In this document: positions 44,087 to 55,700 of the stretch, one piece after another
How the letters are laid out: each line of letters starts with the position of its first letter
Position numbering within the stretch: the stretch's first letter is position 1
Assembly (NCBI GenBank): GCA_965213685.1
Contig: CBDBZY010000016.1
Coordinates: forward strand, 416,001-480,000
Reading direction: 5' to 3'
Length of the DNA stretch: 64,000 nucleotides
Source: a bacterium
GTDB taxonomy: Bacteria; UBA8248
Position numbers and translations under genes: made by a program
Notes under the pieces: generated by a model
Seen by the model: only the letters and a program-made list of their open reading frames with translations
What the model was told of the DNA's origin: nothing
The model's database searches: none

Positions 44087-47000
44087 CTAGTGCTGATTAG
44101 CACCATATGTTGGTCCACTAGCAATCAGTGGCAATTCATCGTTACATTCTTCCTCTCCTCCAGCCAAGTCTGGCACAACGTTATAGGACTCAAGTGTCTT
44201 CTTCCTGGCAATGGTGCAGCGATTCCTGTGCCTGTTCTCTCCTTCTCGTAGACTTACATCTCTCCTGAAGTCTAGGAAAGCACAATCAATTGTGGAGGAT
44301 GTGTCAGTCAATTGGAAACTCTTCAGCTTGATATGTTTGTCACAGCATGACTTGAGAGACTGTTTGTTGTTCTTGACTATTCGATATATTACATAACAGA
44401 TCATGTAGAAGAGAGGACAGAAGATGAGGATATACTGAAGTGCAAAGGCCCAACTAGAGAGTGGAATGCCTATTGCTGTGTGATACATGTTGATCATACT
44501 GAGAACATTGATCAGTGCAAGGATTCCAAGAATTGTGGCATCAACATTATTGTAAAAGTCTTTCTTGTATGGTCTGATGACAGTAAATAGGAGAATTCCA
44601 ACTGTGCACACCATCTGCTGGACAACATACTGGTGGAACCAGATGCCAGTATACATGAAAGAGGTGAATATTATTGTGCGCAGAAGGAAATAGAGCCCAG
44701 CAAAGTATCGGCAATCTCTTGTTCCATTTGTTCCATCTTTAAAGCAACCTTGGAATGTATCGAGAAACATCTGCATACGTCCACCAGCTTGGAAAAACTG
44801 CCCACAGCAGCCAAACCTTATAGTCAGACTCTCTAATAACTTTAAGGGGTAGACAAAGAGGATCAGAGGTGGGAGTAGTACGAATGTGATCATCACAAAC
44901 ATGGCCATTATGAAACATGGGATGTGCTCCTTGCCAAGGTATTCTGTGCCTCCTTGAAAATAGAGATGATTACCTGCTCTTGGTCCTGTGGAGTCCTGCA
45001 CAGTTGTAGGAGTGAGCAGGTAGGTAGAAACCACAGTGAACTTGGTATATGAAAGGACAAGAAATGTGGAAAAAGCGTCAATGGTGGATCTATTCAAGTT
45101 CCAGCGTCGTTGGAATGAGCCAAAAATACGATGCACTGGTTTACAGAGACAGAAGATTGGCTGTATGCCACGTTCATACAGTGACACTGTGCAGTAGAAT
45201 ACCAGTATCAGAAGCAGAGGATAAACAGCAAGGACATAGTGTAGAGACAACACTCCTAGGGTGTCTACATCAGGGCTGATGCAGAAAGGTGGCACAACGG
45301 AAGTGAAAAAGTTCAGATTCCAAATGTCGTATGGTACTTCATAGATCTTTTGCAGAGTAATGGCACTGCTAGTGACGTTTCTTATAGGGACAGTCTTATC
45401 TCCATCTATATCGAATGTTGTTGTTAGCAGTTGAGCAAAAAAGATGAAGCCATTTGCGCTGCCTCGAGTAACACTGATGTGGAAGAGGACAACAATGAAG
45501 AAGAATATAGTGATAGGGAGGATCTCTAACAGCAGGTAATAGACCCAGTGGTACAGGGCCTGCTTGTGAGTGCACTTCACACAGTCAAAGGTATTTGAGT
45601 TGATGGCAGGGGCATACCCTTTAAGACACTGTCCACAAAACATTCCTGTCCTGTTAACAGGATGGCAGAGCACTTGATCTAGCTCAGAACTTTTGTTGGG
45701 TAGCTTCACATACTCCTCCTCCATATGCACAGCAGTGTAGGGGCACATCCCCACAACAAGCTGGCCAGACGACTCGTCTATCCCCATCCACTGCCCTCTC
45801 CTCAGTTTCACTGAGAAATCCGCCTGATTGCACCTCACCACTCCACCATAGTTACCAGTACACACACACCGTGTGTTGTTGTGTGTGTCATTCTGAGGGG
45901 AAAATCCCGGGGGGCAGGGAAGAATTTCTACTACAATTTCAGTGTAGAGCACCCGAGGATTGATTGTTTCTATTGCTAGCAGAGCAGTTGAGTTTGGTTC
46001 TCCAGTTAGCTCAATAGTATTGTCGGAAACACAGGTATAGGCACTTGGAATCTGCGCAGTGTCTGGAGAGTGTGACCTCAACAAGAACACAGCATGAGCA
46101 GTTTGGTTTTTCATATTGTCCCCCAAAACCTCAAGAGGCATCAACTGTCTCTTCCCCAGTATGACCTCTATATGGTAGGATGAATCATTCTCTGTGTTAT
46201 TGAAGGCAGCTGGAGCGCTAGATATAGCGTCTGAACAGTTACCTCCGTCATGCTTCCATGTATCATTCCAACAAAACACATCTTTACGAGGATCTGAGAT
46301 CACTTTCGTGGACATTGGGTTATGGTATCCCCAAAGACAGGGAAGAAGAGATGTGCTATATATAGCATTCCCACCATCGCTGTACAGAGCAGTATTTCCC
46401 CTGAAGTAGAAAGTGGCTGTCCAGCTCCACGGCTGTAGTAGAGGGTCACTGTACTGGATGAAGCACATGCCAAACAGCTGCTGCATATGCTGCCCAACAA
46501 TGTAGGAGTATATGGCGCCACCATACTTGTCAGCTTTGTTGTCAATGAATATCATTTGTGTGTAGTTGTAAACACGAATGTAGGAGGAGCTATAGAGGGC
46601 AATGGCACCGCCAGTCCTGCCCTGGTTTCCAGTGAAGTTAGCGATGCAGTTATCTAAGAAATGCACACCACTGTCAACAACAGCCAAAGCCGATCTGTTA
46701 TTGTTTTCAAAATGGACACTATTATTAAAATGTAGAGGAAGTTTCTGTGTGTTAATTGTACCAACACCTATGGGCTCCCCGAGTATGGACACCACACTGG
46801 GATAGTCAGTATTCCCTATGAATATGCAGTCAGTGAAAACTGGATTTGTAATGGCGCCTGTCCAATCTACTGACCGCTCTGATAAGTCCATTGCACTACC
46901 AACTCTGCCAAGGTTGTATAGCCATGAACAGTTGTAGAACAGTAATCTGTTGGTAGCCAGGCTCCTGCTTCTCTCTCTGGCTGTGTCGAAGTATACCCCT

Positions 47001-48172
47001 CCCCCCCAGTACGCCCAGTTGTGTTGGAAAGTGCAGTTTTGAAAGAGCATGTTATTGAGGCTCATACGGGAATCGTTACTGAAATGGAACCCAAGTTTCA
47101 TTCCTCCACCACCTGTAGCTTGGCCAGTTGTTGCAGTAGCGTTGTAGAGGTATGCAGTGTTGTTATATATTATACAGGAGTCCATTGTGAATGTGCTGTT
47201 CCAACTCAGATGCTGGAACTCTACAAACACTCCTCCTCCCCACTCCGCCTCATTGTTCTCAAACACACACCTTTCCACTGCCACTGAGCTGTTCTCAACT
47301 TCACTGAAGAACACACTCAGGCCTCCTCCGTGACCGAATGTCAGGTGGTTCGTGTCCTGGGGCAGGAGGTAGATGTACTCCACTGGGTGCCACATGTGCC
47401 CACGATTGCCCCCAAACACACACTCACTGATCCTGTACTCCACTCCTGTGCTGTACTGTGGGGGGATGGAGGTGTTGCCTGCGTCACAGTCGCTAGGGAG
47501 TTGGGGGTCACAGAAGGGAAATTCGATGTATAGACCCCCTCCACTAGGAACCATTTCATTGTTGGGGGGTCTGTTATAGAGGAAACTGCAGTTGTGGATG
47601 TAGTTGAGTCCACCAGTAGCATACACGGCCATTCCTGTCCCTGTGCTGTTGGTGACACTCACTCCAGTCAGGTTGATGTGCTGACAGAACAGGAAGTACA
47701 CGCCCACAGGAAACTGCATGAAGGAGAAGCTGTGGTCACTGAAGTTACGGCTCGTGCTGTTCTGCAGAGCCCCACAGCCAGAGAAGTGCACATTCTGGAT
47801 AGTGATGCCACTGGACTGGACAAAGCTGAGGCCTGCCCCAGATTCACACGTCACTGTCACCACAGGTCGGGATAACCAATTTACAAATGGGTCAACACCA
47901 GTCAGGGCTATACTAGTTAATCCAGATAAGCTAATCATGTGGTTCAGTGAGTAGTCTCCACTACTCACCTCCACCTGAGTGGAGTTTAGCACTCGCTCAC
48001 TCACAGCATAGGAGAAGGTACGACAAGGGTGGGTGTGGCTTCCACAAGTGACATTGTCACTGGCATTGGGGTTGCTACAGTCCACATACACTGTGTGGTC
48101 ATAGTGAGCAAAGGAGAGGGCACTATGCAGCACAGCTGCCACCAGCAGCCAGAACAACCTCTCAGATGTCAT
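44087..48172 (-). CDS. Receptor-like protein B (B-type body, tail alpha)
   Basis: Open ORF; probable start MTSERLFWLLVAAVLHSALS at 48172, by comparison with C and D. Confidence 0.9.
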   Translation of the reverse strand: MTSERLFWLLVAAVLHSALSFAHYDHTVYVDCSNPNASDNVTCGSHTHPCRTFSYAVSERVLNSTQVEVSSGDYSLNHMISLSGLTSIALTGVDPFVNWLSRPVVTVTCESGAGLSFVQSSGITIQNVHFSGCGALQNSTSRNFSDHSFSFMQFPVGVYFLFCQHINLTGVSVTNSTGTGMAVYATGGLNYIHNCSFLYNRPPNNEMVPSGGGLYIEFPFCDPQLPSDCDAGNTSIPPQYSTGVEYRISECVFGGNRGHMWHPVEYIYLLPQDTNHLTFGHGGGLSVFFSEVENSSVAVERCVFENNEAEWGGGVFVEFQHLSWNSTFTMDSCIIYNNTAYLYNATATTGQATGGGGMKLGFHFSNDSRMSLNNMLFQNCTFQHNWAYWGGGVYFDTARERSRSLATNRLLFYNCSWLYNLGRVGSAMDLSERSVDWTGAITNPVFTDCIFIGNTDYPSVVSILGEPIGVGTINTQKLPLHFNNSVHFENNNRSALAVVDSGVHFLDNCIANFTGNQGRTGGAIALYSSSYIRVYNYTQMIFIDNKADKYGGAIYSYIVGQHMQQLFGMCFIQYSDPLLQPWSWTATFYFRGNTALYSDGGNAIYSTSLLPCLWGYHNPMSTKVISDPRKDVFCWNDTWKHDGGNCSDAISSAPAAFNNTENDSSYHIEVILGKRQLMPLEVLGDNMKNQTAHAVFLLRSHSPDTAQIPSAYTCVSDNTIELTGEPNSTALLAIETINPRVLYTEIVVEILPCPPGFSPQNDTHNNTRCVCTGNYGGVVRCNQADFSVKLRRGQWMGIDESSGQLVVGMCPYTAVHMEEEYVKLPNKSSELDQVLCHPVNRTGMFCGQCLKGYAPAINSNTFDCVKCTHKQALYHWVYYLLLEILPITIFFFIVVLFHISVTRGSANGFIFFAQLLTTTFDIDGDKTVPIRNVTSSAITLQKIYEVPYDIWNLNFFTSVVPPFCISPDVDTLGVLSLHYVLAVYPLLLILVFYCTVSLYERGIQPIFCLCKPVHRIFGSFQRRWNLNRSTIDAFSTFLVLSYTKFTVVSTYLLTPTTVQDSTGPRAGNHLYFQGGTEYLGKEHIPCFIMAMFVMITFVLLPPLILFVYPLKLLESLTIRFGCCGQFFQAGGRMQMFLDTFQGCFKDGTNGTRDCRYFAGLYFLLRTIIFTSFMYTGIWFHQYVVQQMVCTVGILLFTVIRPYKKDFYNNVDATILGILALINVLSMINMYHTAIGIPLSSWAFALQYILIFCPLFYMICYVIYRIVKNNKQSLKSCCDKHIKLKSFQLTDTSSTIDCAFLDFRRDVSLREGENRHRNRCTIARKKTLESYNVVPDLAGGEEECNDELPLIASGPTYGANQH

Positions 48173-48688
48173 CACGCTCTTTTTCAATCTAGCAGGACAA
48201 CAAGAGTAGGGCTGATATATGCAATACATTAGCCACTGTATGTGTAAAGCTATATGCACACGTATTACTGCTAATGTCACACTCTCTGAATACAGCGAAA
48301 ACAGAACTGTTCTCTTCATAGACGATTGTTGTGTGAGTTGCACCTGTGTAGCAGTGCCCATGGTTCCCTCCCACGTGCTACACAATCACAACACTTTCTT
48401 TCTCATGTGGCCCACAGCACAGCTCAAAATAGCTGTATTATTTGTATTATATGTTGCCCTGCAACTTGTATGGCAAAGGCCTTTGTTAAAGGAACAATGT
48501 CAGTTGCTGTAAATAACATAGTCCGTATGTATAATACCTAAAAGTGCATGGTTTGCTATACGTGACGTATGCTACTTTGTTCTGGGCTAATGCTCACCTG
48601 CTGTGTGTTGAAACGCTCCCTTTTCACGCTGCGTATACACACGTACTGCAGCTTGTAAACTAGCTACTCAGTCCAGTTGAGCCTTATA

Positions 48689-49434
48689 GGTATTTCCCAC
48701 AGAAAGGTGTGAAGGAATGTTAATTAGAAATTTAGTTCCGCTTAACTGCGGAAGCGGATGTGCCACGCCCCTTGGAGGGCTATCGCGAGCCTTAGTAACG
48801 TTGTGATGTTGGCCTGTGTAGCAAAAACTTTATTCGCGGTGCGAAAATGAGCGACTCTCTCCTTAGTTTGACTACAACGGTGAAAGCTTGCAAGCTCTCT
48901 ACGTTGGGGCTTAAAGAAAAACGACGATCCCTACGCTGCACACCACCGTGCCACTGACTTCGTGAATCAGTGACATGTCGATGTGGCCCAACACGCAGGG
49001 AGGCAGAGGTGAGAGTGCTTCGAGTCAGCGGTACTAGCCGTCTTCTGACAGCAAGAGTTAACTTTGAATGCTCACTACATTCATAGATACCTTACGTTCC
49101 GTAAGGTATAGTACCTATGCTACAATTCCGGAGGCTTCCGAGCCCGGCCAGTCCTACCTGCTCATTGCAGCTCCTCGACTTATCAGAGAGCAAACTCCAG
49201 CCGAACTTGTTATGGCAGCCTACAACACAGCAGTTGTTCACCATGACAGCTTAGTCGCGAAAACCCTGTGTACAGCGTTCGCCAGCGCGGCACTCGCACT
49301 TGACCCGTCCCTATCGAATCGTGTTACTAAGGCTTGGCGGTGGCCCTCCAAGGGGCGTGGCACATCCGCTTCCGCCTTTAACCGGAACTACATTTTTAAT
49401 TAACATTCCTTCACACCTTGTCGTGGGAAATACC
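48689..49434. mobile_element. MITE with ~90-bp TIRs inserted at TATA
   Basis: ggtatttcccac..aaggtgtgaaggaatgttaatta..ccacgccccttggagggc and its reverse complement; TATA on both sides. Confidence 0.85.
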
Positions 49435-49438
49435 TATA

Positions 49439-50618
49439 GAGGCCTTGCACCGGAAGTAAATTTGGGGGTGTGTCCGTAGCAACCGTTGCTATCCGCCATC
49501 TTTGGGGGCATCTGCTGTACATCGAATAGTGCGTACGTAGAACGAACTGCCGTGCTCTCATCCGTCCTCCTATTCTGAAGGAAGATACAAAGCAAAGTTG
49601 CCCTTGCAGGACCTAAGAGAGATCGATGTAGTACTTAGTAGCGAACTTAGATGCCTGACTGGAGCTATATGATAGTAGCCGTGAGTTCATATATCTAAGC
49701 CTGGAGGCATCACTGATGTACACACCATCAACGAATAGAGAAAATTGACGTAGAGAAACTCCAAATGAGAATCTACATTGGTATGCTCGATGGTGATAGC
49801 CTCCCTGAACAGGTTCATAGCAAGTTGAAGCCGAGTTTAGCCTGCCTGAACTTGATTCACCCTTACATGTATGTGAGGATAGGGTGTAAACTCAGCTGCT
49901 GTGCTTCACTATCTAAATTCCCCCTCAGCATCACATATTAGGTGAGCATAGATATTAGAGACTGTAAGCTTACCTCCATGGCTGGCACACAGATAGCATT
50001 ATAGCAAGTAGTTTAGCATTTGACATGCACATAAATTGCACAGAGATGTGCACATCATCGTCAGCATGGGAAAGATCAGTCGAGTCTCACACTAGTTGCA
50101 CTTGTAACCATGTTGAACCATAAATTTATGACCAGATTTACTTTGGAGTGAAATGAATGATTGCACTTTCCATGATAAAATAACATCTCAGACCATAGAT
50201 ATTATACACGGAACTATAACGTATAATATCTATGCTCAGACTCACTCACTCCATGTTAACTAAACCCCTAACATCATACAGTATCCTGTACTCGCATAAC
50301 AGACGCAGGTATGGGTGTCAACATAATACATATCGAGCAAGAAGCGTTCTGAACAACTGCGAGATGACTACTCAAAACGGCATACGATAATCCTTGCTAC
50401 GGTCCTCGCCAGACGCCGCTTGAGCTATGAATCTTTAGTTTATGCTGCACGGCAGGTAGAGAGAGGAGATCAACGGTCTTGTCCCTTCCTGAACTCTTGG
50501 CGTAGCTCGAAACACAGCGTGTACTCTACAAAGTCGCCTACAAAGGAACTGCCGCTTGCCCCCAAAGATGGCGGCTTCCGGTGTATCACATGACCTCTGA
50601 CGTCTCGTGCAAGGCCTC
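49439..50618. mobile_element. TIR element inserted at the same TATA site
   Basis: TATA-gaggccttgcac ... gtgcaaggcctc-TATA; sub-terminal ccgccatctt../..aagatggcgg. Confidence 0.8.
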
Positions 50619-50740
50619 TATAAAATTTCAGTCGTGAACTCCGAAGATTCACATGCCAATCACCCTCTCAGTACCGGCAGGACAAGTAGCTTTTGCACCA
50701 TCCTAGCCTCGTTCCCAGGCTCTTGCGTACAAGGCTAGTA

Positions 50741-50988
50741 CCACCCATGCGCAGCTATAGTGGCGGTGTCTACCGTTCTCTGCGCCACCCATGCGCAGCT
50801 AGTTGTGTGTCTACCGTTCTCAGCGCCACCCATGCGCAGTTAGTGGCGGTGTCTACCGTTCTCTGCGCCACCCATGCGCAGCTAGTGGCGGTGTCTACCG
50901 TTCTCTGCGCCACCTATGCGCAGCTAGTGGCGGTGTCTACCGTTCTCAGCGCCACCCATGCGCAGCTAGTGGCTGTCTACTGTTCTCT
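50741..50988 (+). repeat. 42-bp tandem repeat, ~6 copies
   Basis: Unit ccacccatgcgcagctagtggcggtgtctaccgttctc[t/a]gcg. Confidence 0.92.
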
Positions 50989-51342
50989 AGGATGTGTATT
51001 CAAAAACTTACCTAACAAAAGCGGCTGAGTGCCTCCTCGCAAGTAGTTAGTCTCGTGAGTCTCTCTTGAGCGCTGCCAGAAATACTTCACTAAGACACTC
51101 GCTGGGTGCTGCAATGGCTACATGTATAAACTGAACTTCCGCGGTGGTTTATAGCAGCGCACAAACAATTATAATTATGGCGGAAACAGTATTGTTTTCA
51201 CCACGCTGTTCATTGGCTATTGTAATGGTTCGCGTATAAACCCGCGCGTGACGGCTACACTTCCTTATCGTGTGGCTCACAGCACAGCACAATTGTGAAA
51301 TAGTAGGAAACGGAACAAACGGACCGGAATAGTGAGCACATG

Positions 51343-51770
51343 CAAAGTCAAAGTCAAAGTTCATCATTAATGCTTTCCAAGGGGTTCCAAGGGGCACAAA
51401 CACGCATACACAAAAGTACTACACAAGCAGGGTAATAAACTCAAAAAAGGAGATAAAAGTGAGCAATATCTGAAAAAATATCATTACAAATAGAATGAAG
51501 AGTGGACTCAGGTGTGGAGTGTTCAGGGATCCACAGCAGCCTGTAGTGTGCACTGATGACATGCTCTAGGAGAGGGACTTCACAGCTGTCACAGTAGGGG
51601 CAAGGCTTCTTCCCTCTTCCATGGTGCTCATTAGCCTTGTGAGGGCTTGCACACATTTGGTGTATCTGCCACCACACTCAAGGGCACTATCCCAAATCCT
51701 AGGCCACCTTGACCTCTCTGCTACGGCTGCAATCATATAGGCTTTTTCCTTGCATTTCTCAACTGACAAC
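51343..51770 (-). mobile_element. LINE 3' fragment with (TTTGAC)n tail
   Basis: WPRIWDSALECG..QALTRLMS|HHGRGKKPCPYCD..LLEHV (frameshifted); caaagt repeats at 51343-51362. Confidence 0.55.
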
Positions 51771-52379
51771 ATATAGCCCTAGCCCTAGCCCATCCCCTTC
51801 CCTCTCCTGCCCTCCCCTCCCCTCCCCTCCCCTCCCCTCCCCCTCTCTTGTTCTAGTTTTATTAAAAAACAGGATTACATGCATTTTTACAGCTTTACAC
51901 AAAGGGCTAAGAAACCTACCACAAATCAAGGCAGTCTCATTGATCATATATACACAAGGAACATCTCAGTACAGCTACATGTAGAAGTATCACCTCAGAA
52001 ATATAATTACACTATATCAGCTCAGTGTTAGATGTTTGAGTAGGAACAGAAGCTCGCTTGGGCTTGAGCAGCCCAAGAACTTACACTTCTCCAATAGGTG
52101 CACACCCAAGAACTAGCTAGGCTTACCGCTTTGGCTGGACACATGTGAGCCGAAAAGCTCCCAACCGCGTATGTGACACCAGATCGTACTGTTTGTACTT
52201 CCACTCCACTAGTAGCTAATGGAACCTTGAAAATGCGAGTTTACACAGCCTCGAAAAGTTATAATACTTTCGCTCACCAATAGCCTCACCATCAACCGAG
52301 CGGCTCCAGAGTTCACGAGTTCTGAGAGACTACGACGCTTCTCCTGTTCTCCAACTTTGAAGAGCGCAGCTTCTACCGT

Positions 52380-52580
<201 letters not shown>

Positions 52581-52782
52581 GTAATCTCTAGCACCTAAAT
52601 GGGTGTCTCCTTTGTTTAACCTATACCAAGTGATGAGATTATGTACCAATAGGTCACAGTTCATTGAACCTACTGTATGCAAAATTTCTATATTTTATGC
52701 ACTAACAAAAATATTATACTTGCAGAAGAGTGTATTGTGTACATATTGCACACACAGTCTAGTAACAGCTTAACTATCACTG

Positions 52783-55700
52783 CTATTGGTTCCATATGTT
52801 TGGCTGGTTGACTGTCCATATATAGGACTGGTTTGGTGTTGGTGGTTTTCTCTGAACCAGAGGAGACTGGTCTGAGCTCCCTCTTGTGCTGGTCTTGGTG
52901 ACACTCTGCTGTGTTGAAGAGCGTGCATAGCTCTGTGAGCTGCTCTGAGCTTCTTCACTTGAGTTGGTGCTGGTGGTGGAGTTAGTGTGCTTGGGTCGGT
53001 AGCGATTCCTCTCGCGGTCCCTCCCAAAAGCTTCCACGCCCTCCACAAAGAGTCGGTATTCCTCATCAGCAGATGACAAAGGAGGGGCTTCAGATGTCTC
53101 CTCATCTGTGTCTTTAGGAAAGGGTACCAGTGGTGACCTCTCAGATGCATTGATACCTATACATCGAGACAGACATGACCTAAAAGACAGTTTGCTGTTC
53201 TTGGCTATTCGGTATATTACATAACAGATCATGTAGAAGAGAGGACAGAAGATGAGGATATACTGAAGTGCAAAGGCCCAACTAGATAGTGGAATGCCTA
53301 TTGCTGTGTAATGGATGTTGTTCATACTGAGAACATTGATCAGTGCAAGGATTCCAAGAATTGTGGCATCAACATTATTGTAGAAGTCTTTCTTGTATGG
53401 TCTGATGACAGCAAATAGGAGAATTCCAACTGTGCACACCAACTGCTGGACAACATATTGCTGAAAATATGTGGAAGTATAGATATAGGAAGTGAATATT
53501 ACTGTGCGCAGAAGGAAATAGAGCCCGGCAAAGTATCGGCAATCTCTTGTTCCATTTGTTCCATCTTTAAAGCAACCTTGGAATGTATCGAGAAACACCT
53601 GCATACGTCCACCAGCTTGGAAAAACTGACCACAACAACCAAGCCTTCTAGTCAGACTCTCTACTAACTTCAGTGGGTAGACGAAGAGGATCAGAGGTGG
53701 GAGTAGTACGAATGTGATCATCACAAACATGGCCATTATGAAGTATGGGATGTGCTCCTTGCCAAGGTATTCTGTGCCTCCTTGAAAATAGAGATGATTA
53801 CCTGCTCTTGGTCCTGTGGAGTCCTGCACAGTTGTAGGAGTGAGCAGGTAGGTAGAAATCACAGTGAACTTGGTATATGAAAGGACAAGAAATGTGGAAA
53901 AAGCATCAATGGTGGACCTATTCAAGTTCCAGCGTCGTTGGAACGAGCCAAAAATACGATGCACTGGTTTACAGAGACAGAAGATTGGCTGTATGCCACG
54001 TTCATACAGTGACACTGTGCAGTAGAACACCAGTATCAGAAGCAGAGGATAAACAGCAAGGACATACTGTAGAGACAGCATTCCTAGGGTGTCTACATCA
54101 GGGCTGATGCAGAAAGGTGGCATAACAGAAGTGAAAAAGTTCAGATTCCAAATGTCGTATGGTACTTCATAGATCTTTTGCAGAGAATTGGCACTGCTAG
54201 TGACGTTTCTTATAGGGACAGTCTTATCTCCATCTATATCGAATGTTGTTGTTAGAAGTTGAGCAAAAAAGATGAAGCCATTTGCGCTGCCTCTAGTAAC
54301 ACTGATGTGGAAGAGGACAACAATGAAGAAGAATATAGTGATAGGGAGGATCTCTAACAGCAGGTAATAGACCCAGTGGTACAGGGCCTGCTTGTGAGTG
54401 CACTTCACACAGTCAAAGGTATTTGAGTTGATGGCAGGGGCATACCCCTTAACACACTGTCCACAAAACATTCCTGTCCTGTTAGCAGGATGGCAGAGCA
54501 CTTGATCTAGCTCAGAACTTTTGTTGGGCAGCTTCATGTACTCCTCCTCCATATGCACAGCAGTGTAGGGACACAGCCCCACAACAAGCTGGCCTGATGA
54601 CTTGTCTATCCCCATCCACTGCCCTCTCCTCAGTTTCACTGAGAAATCCGCCTGATTGCACCTTACCACTCCACCATAGTTACCAGTACACACACACTGT
54701 GTGTTGTTGTGTGTGTCATTCTGAGGGGAAAATCCCGGGGGGCAGGGAAGAATTTCTACTACAATTTCAGTGTAGAGCACTCGAGGATTGATTGTTTCTA
54801 TTGCTAGCAGAGCAGTTGAGTTTGGTTCTCCAGTTAGCTCAACAGTATTGTCTGAAACATAGGTATAGGCACTTGGAATCTGCGCAGTGTCTGGAGAGTG
54901 TGACCACAAGTTGAACACAGCATGAGCAGTTTGGTTTTTCATTCTGTCACCCAAAACCTCAACAGGCATCAACTGTCTCTTCCCCAGTATGACCTCCATG
55001 TGGTAGGATGAATCATTCCCTGTGTTACTGAAGGCAGCCGGAGCGCTGGATATATCGTCTGAACAGTTACCTCCATCATATTCCCATGCACTGCTCCAAC
55101 AAAACACTTCCTTGCTGGGGTCGGGAACATTTTTCTTGGACATTGGGGTATAGTATGCCCAAAAACAAGGTACAAGAGATGTGCTATATATTGCATTCCC
55201 ACCATCGCTGTACAGAGCAGTATTCCCCCTGAAGTAGAAAGTGGCTGTCCAGTTCCACGGCTGTAGTAGAGGGTCACTGTACTGGATGAAGCACGTGCCA
55301 AACAGTATTAACATATGCTGCCCAACAATGTAGGAGTATATGGCACCACCATACTGGCTGGCTTTGTTGTCAATGAATATCATTTGTGTGTAGTTGTAAA
55401 CACGAATGTAGGAGGAGCTATAGAGGGCAATGGCACCGCCAGTCCTGCCCTGGTTTCCAGTGAAGTTAGCGATGCAGTAATCTAAGAAATGCATACCGCT
55501 GTCAACAACAGCCAAAGCCGATCTGTTGTTGTTTTCAAAATGGACACTATTATTAAAATGTAGAGGAAGTTTCTGTGTGTTAACTGTGCCAACGCCTATG
55601 GGTTCCCCGAGTATGGGCACCACACTGGGATAGTCAGTATTCCCTATGAATATGCAGTCAGTGAAAAGGGGAATTGTGATGGCACCTGTCCAACCTAATG

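Noticed and set aside
47330-47954. Short antisense ORFs repeated in each receptor copy
   Set aside because: Shadow frames conserved only because the genes are recent duplicates.
48173-48385. 71-aa N-terminal extension of receptor B
   Set aside because: Non-ATG ORF start, not open in paralogs C and D; the signal peptide begins at 48172 after an acceptor-like tgtcctgctag.
50741-50988. CRISPR-like regular repeat
   Set aside because: Head-to-tail 42-bp units with no unique spacers, no cas genes, eukaryotic context.
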